Below the pieces are notes generated by a model. The model ran no database searches, was not told the DNA's origin, and saw only the letters and a list, made by a program, of their open reading frames with translations. A stretch of DNA of 64,000 nucleotides from Octopus vulgaris (taxonomy: Eukaryota), in assembly GCA_951406725.2 (NCBI GenBank), contig OX597820.1:109802001-109866000 (forward strand), written 5' to 3'. Positions 36,991 through 49,937 of the stretch are shown here, in pieces. Position 1 is the first letter of the stretch; every line of letters begins with the position of its first letter. Position numbers and translations under genes: made by a program.

Positions 36991-37709
36991 ATTTTGAGAG
37001 GGGCAGGAGCATTGAAGGAGGGGGTCTTGTGTCAGATGATGAAAGGTTAAAGTGTGACAGAGAGAGAAAGACAGGCAGAAGGAGGTGTCTTGCTACTGAG
37101 AAGGTACGCAGTTACCCGGCCAGAGAGAAAGAGAAAGAGAGGATAGTGAATGAGAAAGAATAGGAGAGGAAGAGAGAGGGAAGAGCGAGAGAGAGAGAGA
37201 GTGAAGACAGAGAGAGATACAAGAAAGAGAATAGAAACAGGTGTGCTGATGTAAAGGAGATACTTGGTTACCTAGCCAGATGGGAAAGCAAGGGAAAGAA
37301 AGAGAAAGTGGGAAAGAGCAAAACTGCAAGAGAGAGCAGGAAATAGTGGTGAAGTGCCAGGGTATACTCACAAGTAACAAGGATCAGACAATAGATGAAA
37401 TGGTAGAGTAAGGAAGAGAGTGATAAATGATGGCAATTGCCAGGGTATGCCTCAAGATATGGAGGTCATAATATACACAGCCAGGTATTGCCAAGAAGGT
37501 GAAAGTAGGGAGTAGGGTTGCAGTGACTGGTGATAAACTGAGAATAAAGATATTTACATATATTTTTTAGATCAAACATGAAGTCATAACACTACAAATC
37601 AAGAGTATAACAATATATTTATATTCATAATTATAAATTATAAATTTTAAAAATTCATTAGTAAAATAATTAAATTAATTAAATAAGTTAAATAAACTAA
37701 ATAAACAAT

Positions 37710-38089
37710 AGGTGCAGGCATGGCTGTGTGCTAAGAAGTTTGCTTCCCAACCATATAGTTCCAGGTTCAGTCCCACTGTGTGACACCTTGGACAATTGTC
37801 TTCTACCATAGCCTCAGCTGATCAATACCTTGTAAGTGGATTTGGTAGATAGAAACTTAAAGAAGCCTTTCATATATATATGTATATATCTATGTATGTG
37901 TGTCTCTGTGTCTGTGTTTGCCCCTCACCCCTACTTGACAACTTAGCAGTTCAGCAAAATGAACCAACAAAATAAGCACTAGGCTTCAAAAAATAAATCT
38001 TAGGCTTGATTTGTTCAACTAAACCTCTTCAAGGTGGTGCCCCAGCAAGGCTGCAGTCAAATGACTGAAACAAAGATAAAAGATGAATA
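37710..38089 (+). mobile_element. Near full-length tRNA-derived SINE
   Basis: A-box tggctgtgtgct, B-box ggttcagtccc, internal (TA/TG)n, tail atgactgaaacaaagataaaaga; many partial copies in the window. Confidence 0.85.
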
Positions 38090-38119
38090 GTTATCCAATC
38101 TAAGACAGGAAGAGTGGTG

Positions 38120-38860
38120 TGTTACAGATGAATGGCAGTTAGTTTCACTAATGTCTTAATGACGAAATTTGAGATACAGTTACTGAAGATATTCAAACCC
38201 CTACATGGTCATGAACCAATACTCTGGTTACGGTTCATTGATGACGTCTTTTTTATCAGGGAAGGACTGCAGGATAGTTTAATTGACTTCTTGCATTTCT
38301 GTGACTGTTATGCTAAAAACTATGGCTTTAAGTCCAACATAAAATTTACATCTAGTTTTTCAAAAACTAGCATTTTAAATTTGGACACAAAAGTTAAGTT
38401 TTCTGGAGGCAGAATAGCGACAGAGTTATTTTGCAAGCCCACATCATCCCACATTTATCTCCACTGCTGCTCCAATCAACCACATCATATCATTCAGTCA
38501 AATCTGTAATCTCAATTTTTGAGGATAAAATGGATTTGTACTGACAAAGGGGATTATAAATGCTTTTGTATGTCATTATGTGAAACGCAGTTACAGTGAA
38601 TCATGATTAAAGGAAATAGCAAATGAAATAGCTAAGATTAGCAAAGATAGTCAAACCTTCGTGCATAATTTTAGCTAGCAGAATACAATAGATGACTGAA
38701 CTCCTTTAGTGATTAACTGGCACTGAAATTTCGTTGGCATTTCAAAAGTGTTGCATGAAAGTTACCAGCATGTGGCAAAAAACATCCTCATTTCAAACAG
38801 ATATTTCCTCAGCCACCTATTGTAGCTTTTAGACGGAATAAGAATATAAGAGAATTATTG
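38120..38860 (+). mobile_element. Degenerate PLE RT/thumb fragment
   Basis: PILWLRFIDDVFFI, IKFTSSFS, TELFCKPTSSHIYLH. Confidence 0.85.
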
Positions 38861-38992
38861 ACCTCTATTTCTGACTCCGTTTGTACTAAATACGCAGTTG
38901 TTTACAAATCCCTTATTATAGGTTTAATTTTAACTCCATATTATTCAGACAGATTAACTTCTGGAAACTTATGCTTTCTTTTACACTGATTT

Positions 38993-39310
38993 TCATTTTC
39001 CCCAAATGAACCATTGATCAGAACTACGGATGCAAAAATAATTAATGATTGTATTATAAAGGAAAAGAATACAACTTTTTAATGAGAACCATGTAGCTAG
39101 TGCAAATACATTCGGTTTCAAACTTGTCAACTTTAGTCGCAAGTCTCTTCGTTGTATCACATCCAGTCCAATTCTTTTATGGGAAAATAAAGATTCAACC
39201 AGGTATGAGGTAGGGAAGGCAAGCAAAATAAATTTCAGATGTTGCCACATATTGGGGTAGGAATTCAATATACTCTGATGGTACCACAAACCTTCTTTGC
39301 TATTCCGGCA
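38993..39310 (-). mobile_element. hAT transposase C-terminal dimerisation fragment
   Basis: YPNMWQHLKFILLAFPTSYLVESLFS...DLRLKLTSLKPNV. Confidence 0.8.
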
Positions 39311-39339
39311 GTATCACATTGTGCCGTCATTGTCATTTT

Positions 39340-39720
39340 GTAATTCTATCATGGCACAACCCCTCGTTTGGTGGTAAAATCTTTGTCTAAATGTCATTGT
39401 GTTACTTTGTAACACAAATCTCAATAATCTACAGAGAAAATTTGATGGAATACTTTTGTTTGACTGCTTTTTGAAGGCATCCATTGGGCACATTAGAGGA
39501 AATCTTTTGAACTTTTTGTGTATTTTAGGGAGACCATAAAATACAGGTGTTCTTCTTTCTGACCGTAAAATCCTGGATTCGGCCTTATTATTGAAATTGT
39601 TTTCCTCCATTTCCAGAATTATTTTATCAAGTTCCTCTCTGTAATTGGGGTTTGGATTGACAGGTAATTCTTCATATGAAGTCTTGTCATTCAAAACTTC
39701 TTCACTTTGGTCCATAATTA
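39340..39720 (-). mobile_element. Internally deleted PLE RT fragment
   Basis: LNDKTSYEELPVNPN, RTPVFYGLPKIHK, FYHQTRGCAM. Confidence 0.8.
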
Positions 39721-39875
39721 TCTGTTGTCATTGCAGCTGTTGCTGCTTTCAGTGCTGTTTTTAGGTTGGGTGATATTTGTGCTTACTTTTGTGATGCTGT
39801 CTGTTTGCCCTGTATATAATTTGTATTACGTATACACACACAGATATATATATATATGAGTGTGTGTGTGTGTGT

Positions 39876-39914
<39 letters not shown>

Positions 39915-40016
39915 AGAGTAAGCATACAAATGTGAAACAAGCTGGAAAAATAGTATTCAGATACTGGCGGTAGAGTAATATGCTTTATTAATAAAGCTGC
40001 AAAAACATGACAAAAA

Positions 40017-40054
40017 CTGTTACTCAGAGTTTCATGTTCCCGTTCATTGGACAG
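40017..40054 (-). ncRNA. Decayed minimal hammerhead motif, followed by an inverted partial copy (40055-40082)
   Basis: Minus strand: ctgt-CCAATGA-acgggaacat-GAAA-ctctgag-TA-acag. Plus strand: gacgaatgtgaacgt-GAAA-cactgag-TA. Confidence 0.5.
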
Positions 40055-40164
40055 ACGAATGTGAACGTGAAACACTGAGTAATGTTTTTTGTGATATTTT
40101 TGCAGCTTTACTAATCTAGATTTTCCCCATGTGGTGGGTTGTAATGCAAAGAATATATATATAT

Positions 40165-41776
40165 AATAAAAGAAGGAAAATGCATACACTTTACATAGTT
40201 TTAATATATTTTAAAGTATATTTTATATTGTGCTTGTTGACTGGTTTTGCTTTTACTAATCATAACATTGAAATTATTGTAATTTCATATTTTCTTTAGA
40301 AGATTTTAGTCCATGCCACTCGAAACCCATCAAAAGAAATATCCCCTTCAATTTAGAAAAAAGGATTTGCATAATAGTGTCTTACTTGTGGCGACATTCA
40401 CCCTAGGTGGGTTGAGTCGGTTTCTTCCACCACCTTCGAAGCATCTTGAACCATGGCAGCCCACGCACGACGGTCCTGCACCAGTTCACTGGAGATAGTG
40501 AGCCAGTCATGGTTCCATCGGCGCAGGCCGACCACCTGCGGTCCCATGAGCATGGAGAGGTCCTCCTTGATCATCGTAACCCAGGTCTTCAGCTGCCTGC
40601 CTGCACATCTCTGCCAGTTGGGAAGTGGAGTTGGGAAAAGGACATCACGGCTCAGTTCTTCCATGAATAATAGTGTCTGATAGAACTACTTGAGACCTTT
40701 GTCTTCAAGACCTCAGAACAACAGTATCTGAAAGACAATATCCACCCTCACTGATAGATGATAGGATTAAGTGTGCTAGAAATTAGACATTAGAACACTA
40801 AAGGTAACAAAATGTAACACTACACCTCATCTCAAAACACTACTGTATATATCAACTCACAACCCTAGAAACAATGAGGCATACAACACTATTCTATAAA
40901 GTCTACCTATGCTCACGAGAGATCCAAAAATAAAAAAAAGGCATTCTGAAAACAAATTCATCAAATGCAAAAAGCAACACAAATCGCTAAAAAGACTTCT
41001 AATAAATGCAAAGCTTTACACAACAACCACAAAACCAACAGTTAAAAAATGTGGATGCCCAAACTGTGGAACATGCCCCAATCTACTGGAAGTCTCAGAA
41101 TTCCTATTCAAACAATGGGAGAGGTTTACAATTAAAACCAACTTCATTTGTGCTTCTGAGAATCTAATTTATGTTATAACTTGTTCAGGTTGTGGACATA
41201 ACTATATAGGACAGACAGAGAACCACACCCCACCACATAAGGAACAAATCCAGTTCCTTTGAGTGAACACATAGAGAGATGTGCAGATAATATCCAACCA
41301 AACTTCACAGTTTTTCCCATCTACCAGTGCAAAGAAACAATTTCTATACAAGAAAATTTAAATAAAGAAAATTTGTTCATCAAAAGATGCCATACATATC
41401 TAAATATGAATGCATGATCTACTTCAATCCTGGTATATATTTTAATTCATGATCACATACCCATCACTATACATATTTTATCTCACTACTGTAACTTTTG
41501 AGTTTTTGTGTATATTTATCACTTCCCTGAAAGATGAACAATTACCTCCACTGTCCCTATAATAATGATCACCAATTACCTCCTCTTAGATTTTTCTATT
41601 TGTTGAATCATTCGTTCATAAACTTCTCCACACACATGGACTAAAATCTTCTTAAGAAAATATGAAATTACAATAATTTCAATGTCATGATTAGTGAAAA
41701 TGAAACTGGTCAACAAACACAATATAAAATATATCAACAATTATATTAAAATTATGTAAAATGTGTGCATTTTCCT

Positions 41777-41783
<7 letters not shown>
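40165..41783 (+). mobile_element. 5'-truncated Penelope-type element with inverted pLTRs (40165-40315 / 41635-41783) and GIY-YIG remnant
   Basis: ORF 40909..41262: KKCGCPNCGTCPNL, NLIYVITCSGCGHNYIGQT. Terminal inverted repeats flanked by (TA)n. Confidence 0.85.
40395..40672 (-). mobile_element. RTE LINE C-terminal fragment nested in the PLE
   Basis: NWQRCAGRQLKTWVTMIKEDL...LVQDRRAWAAMV. Confidence 0.75.
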
Positions 41784-41823
<40 letters not shown>

Positions 41824-41868
41824 AAAAATTGAAAGAGGAGACAAATGCTTTAAATCATTTATATCTTC

Positions 41869-41962
41869 ATATCATTGACATATATTTCGATGGATGCATT
41901 CAAAATACATCCAACAGGATGAATAATGATCAGCAATGCATCAATCTCATCAGGGAAGATAT
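41869..41962 (-). ncRNA. Hammerhead motif with extended stem II
   Basis: Minus strand: CTGATGA-gattgatgcatt...aatgcatccatc-GAAA-tatatg-TC; stem I imperfect (atatc/gatat); partial inverted copy at 42665-42766. Confidence 0.6.
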
Positions 41963-42369
41963 AAACAACAGTGCTCATCAAATAGACATTTTAACAGATA
42001 TCAGAAGCCCCAGGAAATGTGATGTATATATATATATATATATATGCATAAGCATGCACACACACATACATGCAACATATGTATACATATATATATATAT
42101 TTACTTATATATATATATATATATAAATATATATATACACATATATATACACACATATACACATATCTACACATCTACATATATGCACATCCACACATTT
42201 ATACACATGCATATGTTAATAGACATGTACGACCACGTACTTACACACATAAACACATGTACACATACATGCACAAGAGCATACACATCCCAAAGCATAG
42301 ATACACCCAAACACATACTTACATACACAGACACACTTACATAAGCACATACACACATTTTAGTACACT

Positions 42370-43161
42370 TTGATGTTGATGTACTTGACTCAATAGGTCT
42401 CCTCAAGCACAACAGGTCACTCTACGATCCAAGGTACTTTGAATAGGCTGGGGCTGGTTATGCGAAACTGGTGTAGGATACATCCGTGAACTCACTTTAT
42501 TTGTCAGGTCTTCGCAGTCAGAGCATATCTCCAGAGGTCTCGGTCACTAGTCATTGCCACTGTGAGGCCCAACTTTCGAAGGTCATGCTTGACCACCTCA
42601 TCCCAGGTAAATATATATATATGTATACATATATTGCATATATGTGTGCATATGCATATATATACATCATATTTTCTGGGGCTTCTAATATCTGTTAAAA
42701 TGTCTATTTGATGAGCACTGTTGTTTATATCCTCTGATGAGATTGATACATTGCTAACCATTATTCAAGCTGTGCTTGAGGAGACCTATTGAATCAAGTA
42801 CATCAACATCAAAATAAAAATCAAATGAAAATAGTAGTTGTGATACCCGTGCTGGTGACACGTAAAAAGCACCATCTGAATGTGGTCAATGCCAGTGCTG
42901 CCTTGACTGACTTCCATGCCAGTGGCACATAAAGAGCACCAACTGATTGTGGCTGCTGCCAGCCTCCTATGGCCCCTGTGCCGGTGGCATGTAAAAATTA
43001 CCCACTACACTCACGGAGTGGTTGGCATTAGGAAGGGCATCCAGCTGTAGAAACACTGCCAGAGCAGACTGGAGCCTGGTGCAGCCTCCTGGCTTCCCAG
43101 ACCCTGGTCGAACAATCCAACCCATGCTAGTGTGGAAAACGGACATTAAACGATGATGATG
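42370..43161. mobile_element. RTE-like LINE 3' end split by an inversion
   Basis: 42370-42607 is minus strand (TWDEVVKHDLRKLGLT); 42768-43161 is plus strand up to the (GAT)n tail; 42370-42413 is inverted at 42770-42812. Confidence 0.75.
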
Positions 43162-43163
43162 TA

Positions 43164-44676
43164 TACTGGGACATCCCATAAATATTGCAGTTTTTTCAAC
43201 TGCCTGAATTAAAAGTCAGAGGATGGGATAAACTACCTGCACCAACTTACTATAAAAGCTGGTAGTAATTTTACCTTGTCCTTATTCTTAGTGCAAGTTT
43301 TGGAGAGTGCAGTTAAATTTTAACAGTTATTTTTTCAAAGCTATAATGGAAGTGGCAAAGGAGCATATTCAGCATATTTTGCTTTATGAGTTCAATAAAG
43401 GCAACAACGCAATGGAAAGTGTGAGGAATATTAATGCAGTATATGGGGATAAGACAATAAGCATAAGCCAGTGTCAACTGTGGTTTCAGAAATTCATAGC
43501 TGGAAACTACAGCCTTGAAGATGAACCTTGTCCTGAAAGATCTGTAGAGGTCAATGAGGACATCCTGCAAATCCTGGTGGAACAAAATCCCATCGTAACT
43601 GTTGAGGAACAAGCAGAGAAGCTTGGATTTGGTCATTCAACCTGTGTGCCATGGAAAAAGTCAGCAAATTAGGTCAATGCATTCCTCACAATCTTTCTGA
43701 GTCTAATCGCATGCAAAGAGTGAATGTGTACTCTTCTTTGCTGTCACGTCTCATGAATGAACCTTTTTTGAACTGAACAGTGACTGGTGACAAAAAATGG
43801 GTTCTCTATAAAAATGTCAAGCTTCGAAGAGAGTGGGAAAAGGAGAAACATTGGCATCCCAGGCTGAAGAAGGTCTTTATATGAATTCTGTATACGAAAT
43901 GAGAACAGTACAGGAGGAGTATTTACATCTAGTTTTTCAAAAACTAGTGTTGAATTTTTGGACACAAAAGTTAAGTTTTCTGGAGGCAGAATAGTGACAG
44001 AGTTATTTTGCAAGCCCACATCATCCCACATTTATCTCCACTGCTGCTCCAATCAACCACATCATATCATTCAGTCAAATCTGTAATCTCAATTTTTGAG
44101 GATAAAATGGATTTGTACTGACAAAGGGGATTATAAATGCTTTTGTATGTCATTATGTGAAACGCAGTTACAGTGAATCATGATTAAAGGAAATAGCAAA
44201 TGAAATAGCTAAGATTAGCAAAGATAGTCAAACCTTCGTGCATAATTTTAGCAAGCAGAATACAATAGATGACTGAACTCCTTTAGTGATTAACTGGCAC
44301 TGAAATTTCGTTGGCATTTCAAAAGTGTTGCATGAAAGTTTTTTGAACTGAACAGTGACTGGTGACAAAAAATGGGTTCTCTATAAAAATGTCAAGCTTC
44401 GAAGAGAGTGGGAAAAGGAGAAACATTGGCATCCCAGGCTGAAGAAGGTCTTTATATGAATTCTGTATACAAAATGAGAACAGTACAGGAGGAGTATTTT
44501 TCATCACAGACAAGTGAATTTTGGAAGAGGAGTTTTGCAAGTCTACCAGATCGATGGAAGAGCATTGTTGAAAATGAAGGAGAGTATATTTTAGATTAAA
44601 AAAGAACTTTCTTTATCTTAATTTTGAAAAATAAAAGACGTGAAAAACATCGCATTATTTATGGGATGACCCAATA
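43164..44676 (+). mobile_element. Internally deleted mariner with both TIRs, containing a templated insertion
   Basis: TIRs tactgggacatcccataaatattgc / gcattatttatgggatgacccaata; HTH region IQHILLYEFNKG..WFQKFIAGNYSLEDEP; VTGDKKWVLYKN. Confidence 0.9.
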
Positions 44677-45162
44677 TATATCATATTGATTATTTCAAGG
44701 ATAAAAATATCTCTTAAAGGGATGTCATCATCCAAGTTCCTTGGTTTTATCCAGTGTATCAGTAAAATACTAAAAGATGTTCAATTAATTACAATTCAAT
44801 ATGAATCTTTAATTTCATTTTTTTAATTTGAATTAATTGATTGGATATGGAGACAATTGTAGGTTATATGAGTTTGATATTGTTCAAAATTGGATTTGTT
44901 TCAATAAATCGATGTCTATACTTCAATGTCAATTTCTTCATTTTCTTATATATATATATATATATCATCATCATTATTTAACGTCCGTCTCCCATGCATG
45001 TGTGGGTAGGATGGTTCACAGGAGTAGGGCAGGTAGAAAAACTACCCTATTCTACTGTCTCTTTTGGCTGGGTTTTTACAGTTGGATGCCCTTCCTAATA
45101 CCAACCACTCTGCAGAGTGGTCTCAGTGCTTTTTACACACACACACACACACATATGTATAT

Positions 45163-45645
45163 TATTGAGTCATCCCATAAATAATGTGGTTTTTTTATAC
45201 TTTTATTTTTTTAAATTAAAGATAAAGAAAGTTCTTTTTTAATCTAAAATATACTCTCCTTCATTTTCTACAATGCCCTTCCATCTATCTTGTAGACTTG
45301 CAAAACCCCTCTTCCAAAATTCACTTGTCCATGACGAAAAATACTCCTCTAGTACTGTTCTCACCTCGTATACAAAATTCATATTTTTTCTGTCCAAATG
45401 ATTTTGAAGACTGCAGAATAAACGGAATATTGTGGGTGGGGCATCGTTTCCCATTCAAACTGCTCCAGCCTTTGGAATGTCATCCTTGTTGCATGTGGCC
45501 AAGTATTATCCTGATGGAAGAAAATCTTTTGTCTTGAAACCAAAAATGGTAATTTTTCTTCTAGCACTGACTTAAGCTGCTCAAGCTGCTTGCAGCCGAT
45601 CTCCTTTCTTATTGTTTGGTTTGGGAAGTTCAAAGTGGATTAAAC
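45163..45645 (-). mobile_element. Mariner 3' fragment, same family, opposite orientation
   Basis: TIR tattgagtcatcccataaataatg; FHQDNTWPH; DRWKGIVENEGEYILD. Confidence 0.85.
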
Positions 45646-45687
45646 TATCTATCTATGCACACACACACACACACACACACACATGTA

Positions 45688-45725
45688 CTAGCAGAGATAC
45701 CTGGCATTGTTCGGGATTAAAATGG
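45688..45725 (-). mobile_element. Isolated Helitron-like 3' end
   Basis: Minus strand cccgaacaatgccagg-tatctctg-CTAG|t. Confidence 0.45.
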
Positions 45726-45737
45726 CAATCAATTTTT

Positions 45738-46006
45738 ATTGTTTTACTTGTTTCGGTCATGTGACTGTAGCCATGCTGGAGCACGACCTTTAGTCAAAGA
45801 AATCACCCCCAGGATCTATTCTTTGCAAACAGAATACTAATTCTATCAGTGTGTTTTGCCAAACAGCTAAGTTATGGAAACATAAACACAAGATCAGTTG
45901 TCAAGTGATGGAGTGGGTACAAACACAGATACCCACACACACAAATATACACATATATACAACAGTCTTCTTTCAATTTCCGTGTTTTAAATCCACTCAC
46001 AAGGCT
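45738..46006 (-). mobile_element. SINE (family of 37710-38089), 5'-truncated
   Basis: ttttacttgtttcggtcatgtgactg...aatccactcacaaggct. Confidence 0.75.
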
Positions 46007-46039
<33 letters not shown>

Positions 46040-46073
46040 ATCAAAATAAGCAACAAGAATAACTTCGGTAGTT

Positions 46074-46157
46074 TGGTACGATCGTTTCGCACTACATCAT
46101 TTTATTAAATGTTGTAAGTATTACAACAGTTTCAAAATGCTGAGCATTCACCAGCCA
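46074..46157 (-). ncRNA. Hammerhead in the 3' pLTR, core mutated (CTGGTGA)
   Basis: tgg-CTGGTGA-atgc...gtgc-GAAA-cgatcg-TA-cca. Confidence 0.7.
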
Positions 46158-47913
46158 TTAATAGAGGTTTTCCATTAATACATAATTTTCATATCAAGTG
46201 ATAACATTATAGAGAAGGTAGATATATAGACAAAGATGTGGATTTAAATTTTAAGAACATTTAAGGTAGTGGAGTTTATCAACTGACTGAATAATATTCA
46301 GTTGCTATGAACTGCTAGAAGGTTCTGAGAAGAATGGACAATTGAAAAGAGGCAAAAAAGATTTTCTATTTATAGAAATAGGGGTGAAATAGATGTCAAA
46401 GTTCCATATAAAGAAATTTCGGTAGAGAGAGAAGGGTTGTCACACTACAGATGCCAATTACTACAATTTGGTAAACAGATTTAGAATGAGGAAAACTAGG
46501 TTAATGTCAAATGGTTATAATTACCACTCATAGAGAATGCAGAGATTTTTTTAAAACTAATATACATCAACATTATAATTAGCTGATAGGTTCTGAGTAT
46601 TTTGATATGTTGGATTAAAGGAGAAATTATAGATCTAAAATTTATTCAATCTTATTATGAGTAGGCATAATACTTATTAATTGGGGACAAAAGTCTTATT
46701 AATCAAGTGAATATATTAGGGGCCAAAAATATATAATAGGAAAAATGGAAGAGGAGAAATCAAAGAAGAAAGGTATTTGTAGGTTTAGTAGAAGGTGATT
46801 TAATAATATGAAAAGAAGTAATTTAGAAGAGTAAATTTCTCAGATTTCATAGATAGTGAGTTGTTATTAATGAATCAAAATATAGAATCTGTTGGAAATA
46901 ATATTTATTACGGCTAATTAGTTAGGTAAAAAGATCTTAGGTTAATTATATATTAAGAAATGGAAGTGAGATAATCAAGGTGAACCGAATAGTTTCCTTA
47001 GGGATATAGAATTTATACTATTTAGTATAGGAGAATATCAAAAAAGGAGAATTTAATTCTAAGTTTGCAATGAAGTTTTTTAGTAATCTATGTATGTTGA
47101 ATTAAAAACCAGTATGGTATATTCGTTCTTAATTGGTTATAAAGAATTAAAATTTGAAAAATCTAGGAATATTCACAATATTATTATTTAAAATATTTAA
47201 ACGTACGGGTTGTGTGATGTATGCAAGATACTCCTAGCTCCGAATGGTTAGTTAACAGATTTGTATTACTCCAATGTTTTAAAATTTCATATGTTTCCAT
47301 AGAACAAAGTTCACAACCATCCCTACTATTCTTATAAGGCCGTGCTTTTCTTACTATATCCCATTTCAGGTTGAATTCTATATTATTCGTTTTCAGTTCC
47401 CAAATTTTACTAGACAATGTTGTGCAACCTGCTTTGTGTTTGAGCCTAAAGGAGGAAAAATGATTGTTTAAAGGTTTTTTTAAATCTACCGAACAACCGA
47501 AATAAAGATAGTTGTTATTTGAAGTTATTATTGTACATTTATAAATCACATTTTGGACCGAACAACGGCCAGATACTGGATATTTCGATCTAATCCTACA
47601 ATTACAACTGGGGGGATAATTTCTAGTACTAGTATTATTTATGGACAATTCATTTTCATTTCTGTTATTTGAGTTGTTATTAGTATTAGTGTTATTTTCT
47701 CTAATAGTAGTGCCATTGTTATGCAAACTGGGGTTATCATCACTGGGGTTATTCATTATCATCACCTACTACACTTTTATCTATACTACCTATATTATTG
47801 ATGTTGCTATTATCATTATTTATATTAAAGTTGTTATTATTGTTATTATTATTATCATCATCATTATTAATATTATTATTATTATTACCATTATTATTAT
47901 TATTATTATTATT

Positions 47914-48591
47914 CTATGTTTGACTTTTGCTTTATATTTGTACAAAGTTGGCTCCAAGTCTCACCCAGAGACCTCAAGAGACAACAGGGTTGGAAGTTCA
48001 TGTTGTTGTTATGCCTAGTGTGCCATCTATATGGGGGGTGGGGGTGTTGTACTAATGAATGTCTAAAAAAGGTTGTTTTTTTTTTTTTTTTTAAACCGAA
48101 AATTATATTTGTTTTAAACCTTGAGATTACAGAGAAAGTATTTTGCGTAGGATATGAGCAGTTCCCATGAGCACTATCTTTTGAACTTCTGCCATTTTTG
48201 GGTTTCCTGGTATCTGAGTTAGGTAGCTATCAGCCCCTTTTGCTATCATTCCCAGGGCACCTATGACAACAGGTATTGTTTCAGTCTTCAGGTTCCACAT
48301 TTTGCTGATTTCTATTTCAAGATCTTTATATTTGCTCAGTTTTTGGTAGGTCTTGACAGATACGTTTATATCGATTGGGACAGTCATATCAATGTTTGAA
48401 GTCTTTCAATATAATGTCTGGCCTATTTGCATCTATCTTTCTGTCAGTTTGAATGGTGAAGTTCCAGAGGAGTGAGATGTAGTCATTTTCAAGCACTGGG
48501 GGTGGTTTGTGTTCCCACCAGTTTTTTTCATGGGGCAAATCCAGGTTTTTACAGATTACCCAGTGAATATATTGTGCAGCTCTATCGTGCC
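47914..48591 (-). mobile_element. Dong/R4-clade LINE 3' fragment (restriction-like endonuclease) inserted in (TAA)n
   Basis: RHDRAAQYIHWVIC, LLWNFTIQTDRKIDANRPDII, KLSKYKDLEIEISKMW, IPVVIGALG; (TAA)n on both sides. Confidence 0.85.
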
Positions 48592-49728
48592 TTATTATTA
48601 TTATTATTATTATCATTACTACTAATACTATTATTATTATTATTATTATTATCATTATTATTATTGCTATTTTTATTATTATTATTACTATTATTGTTAT
48701 TGTTACAATTTATTCTATCCCTAGCTAACTTAATATTTTTACTATTAAGTCTAGCTATTATGGTAGCCATATTTGGGAGAGTAGAATATGATATTCTTAC
48801 TGATTTCTTAGAAATTATTTTATAATATTTATGGGAAGCTGGAAAGTTTCTTTCCAGTATAGACATAAATCTATTGTATATATTCATCGAGATCGCACAG
48901 TTGAAGGGAATATTTAGCCAAATAACATTTTTTTGTTTGAGTAAGAGTGGGAAAGATTAGTGTTATCCATATTCTTACGAGATTCATTATTCATTTTAGT
49001 CTTATTTTTAGGTTTATTAGGTTTTTTCTTTGTGGGAGAAATTTTTGTATACTTATTTACGTTTATTATATCTGGATTAGCATTTTCATATTTATTTATG
49101 ATGTGTTTACTATTTCCATTCTTATTATTGGGTTTATACACTAGGTTCTCTTCTTCTATTGATTTATGTTTATTTAGAGTATGAGATTCTATATTACTTG
49201 AGCCATTTACATTCACTCCATCGTTTAGGAGATTTATGTTATCAAGATCTAGAAGGTGATTTCCTGGTCGTATCCAGCCTTGGATAATGCAACATTATAA
49301 TGATTAGAGTGAGAGTCAAAGATTTCAATATTTGATGATAATTTTGAAATTCTCTGAGAAATATTTTTCACCATTGATTTAAATATATTCGGGGGGTGAT
49401 TAGATGATTTATTTACATATCTGGTAACTTCACCTTCCTTTCTAAATGAGTGATTTAACTTTGAATTTAAATCTAAGGTAACGTCTAGAAAATTCACTAT
49501 CTTGGTGTTAGATTCATACGTAATGCCTAGGTTGAAATCTTTGAAAAATTTACTAATTTTCTTTTTTATTCTCTCAATTTTTGATTTATTGTTACTAGGT
49601 ACAATAAACAAAGCGTCATCTCTATATAAACCACCTTGTAATTCCGGGATATCTCTACTTATGCATTTTAATAAATATGCTCCTACTAGATTAGTTATCT
49701 CCGCCGAATCACTTGAGCCCATAGGTAT

Positions 49729-49937
49729 TTTTTTTTGTACTTGTTTCAGTCATTTGACTGCGGCCATGCTGGAGCACCGCCTTTTAGAGTGGTGAAAGAG
49801 TACAGCAGGGATCACCACCACCCCCTGCCGGAGCCTCGTGGAGCTTTTAGGTGTTTTCGCTCAATAAACACACACAACGCCCGGTCTGGGAATCGAAACC
49901 GCGATCCTCCGACCGCAAGTCCACTGCCCTAACCACT
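49729..49937 (-). mobile_element. Chimeric tRNA-SINE inserted in the PLE RT
   Basis: Head agtggttagggc..ggtttcgattccc is joined to the 3' tail of the 37710 family; GGTAT is duplicated at 49724-49728 and 49938-49942; removal restores FDIPMGS. Confidence 0.8.

Noticed and set aside
37710-37790. tRNA gene (also 49880-49940)
   Set aside because: A/B boxes are SINE heads continuing into SINE bodies; no full cloverleaf.
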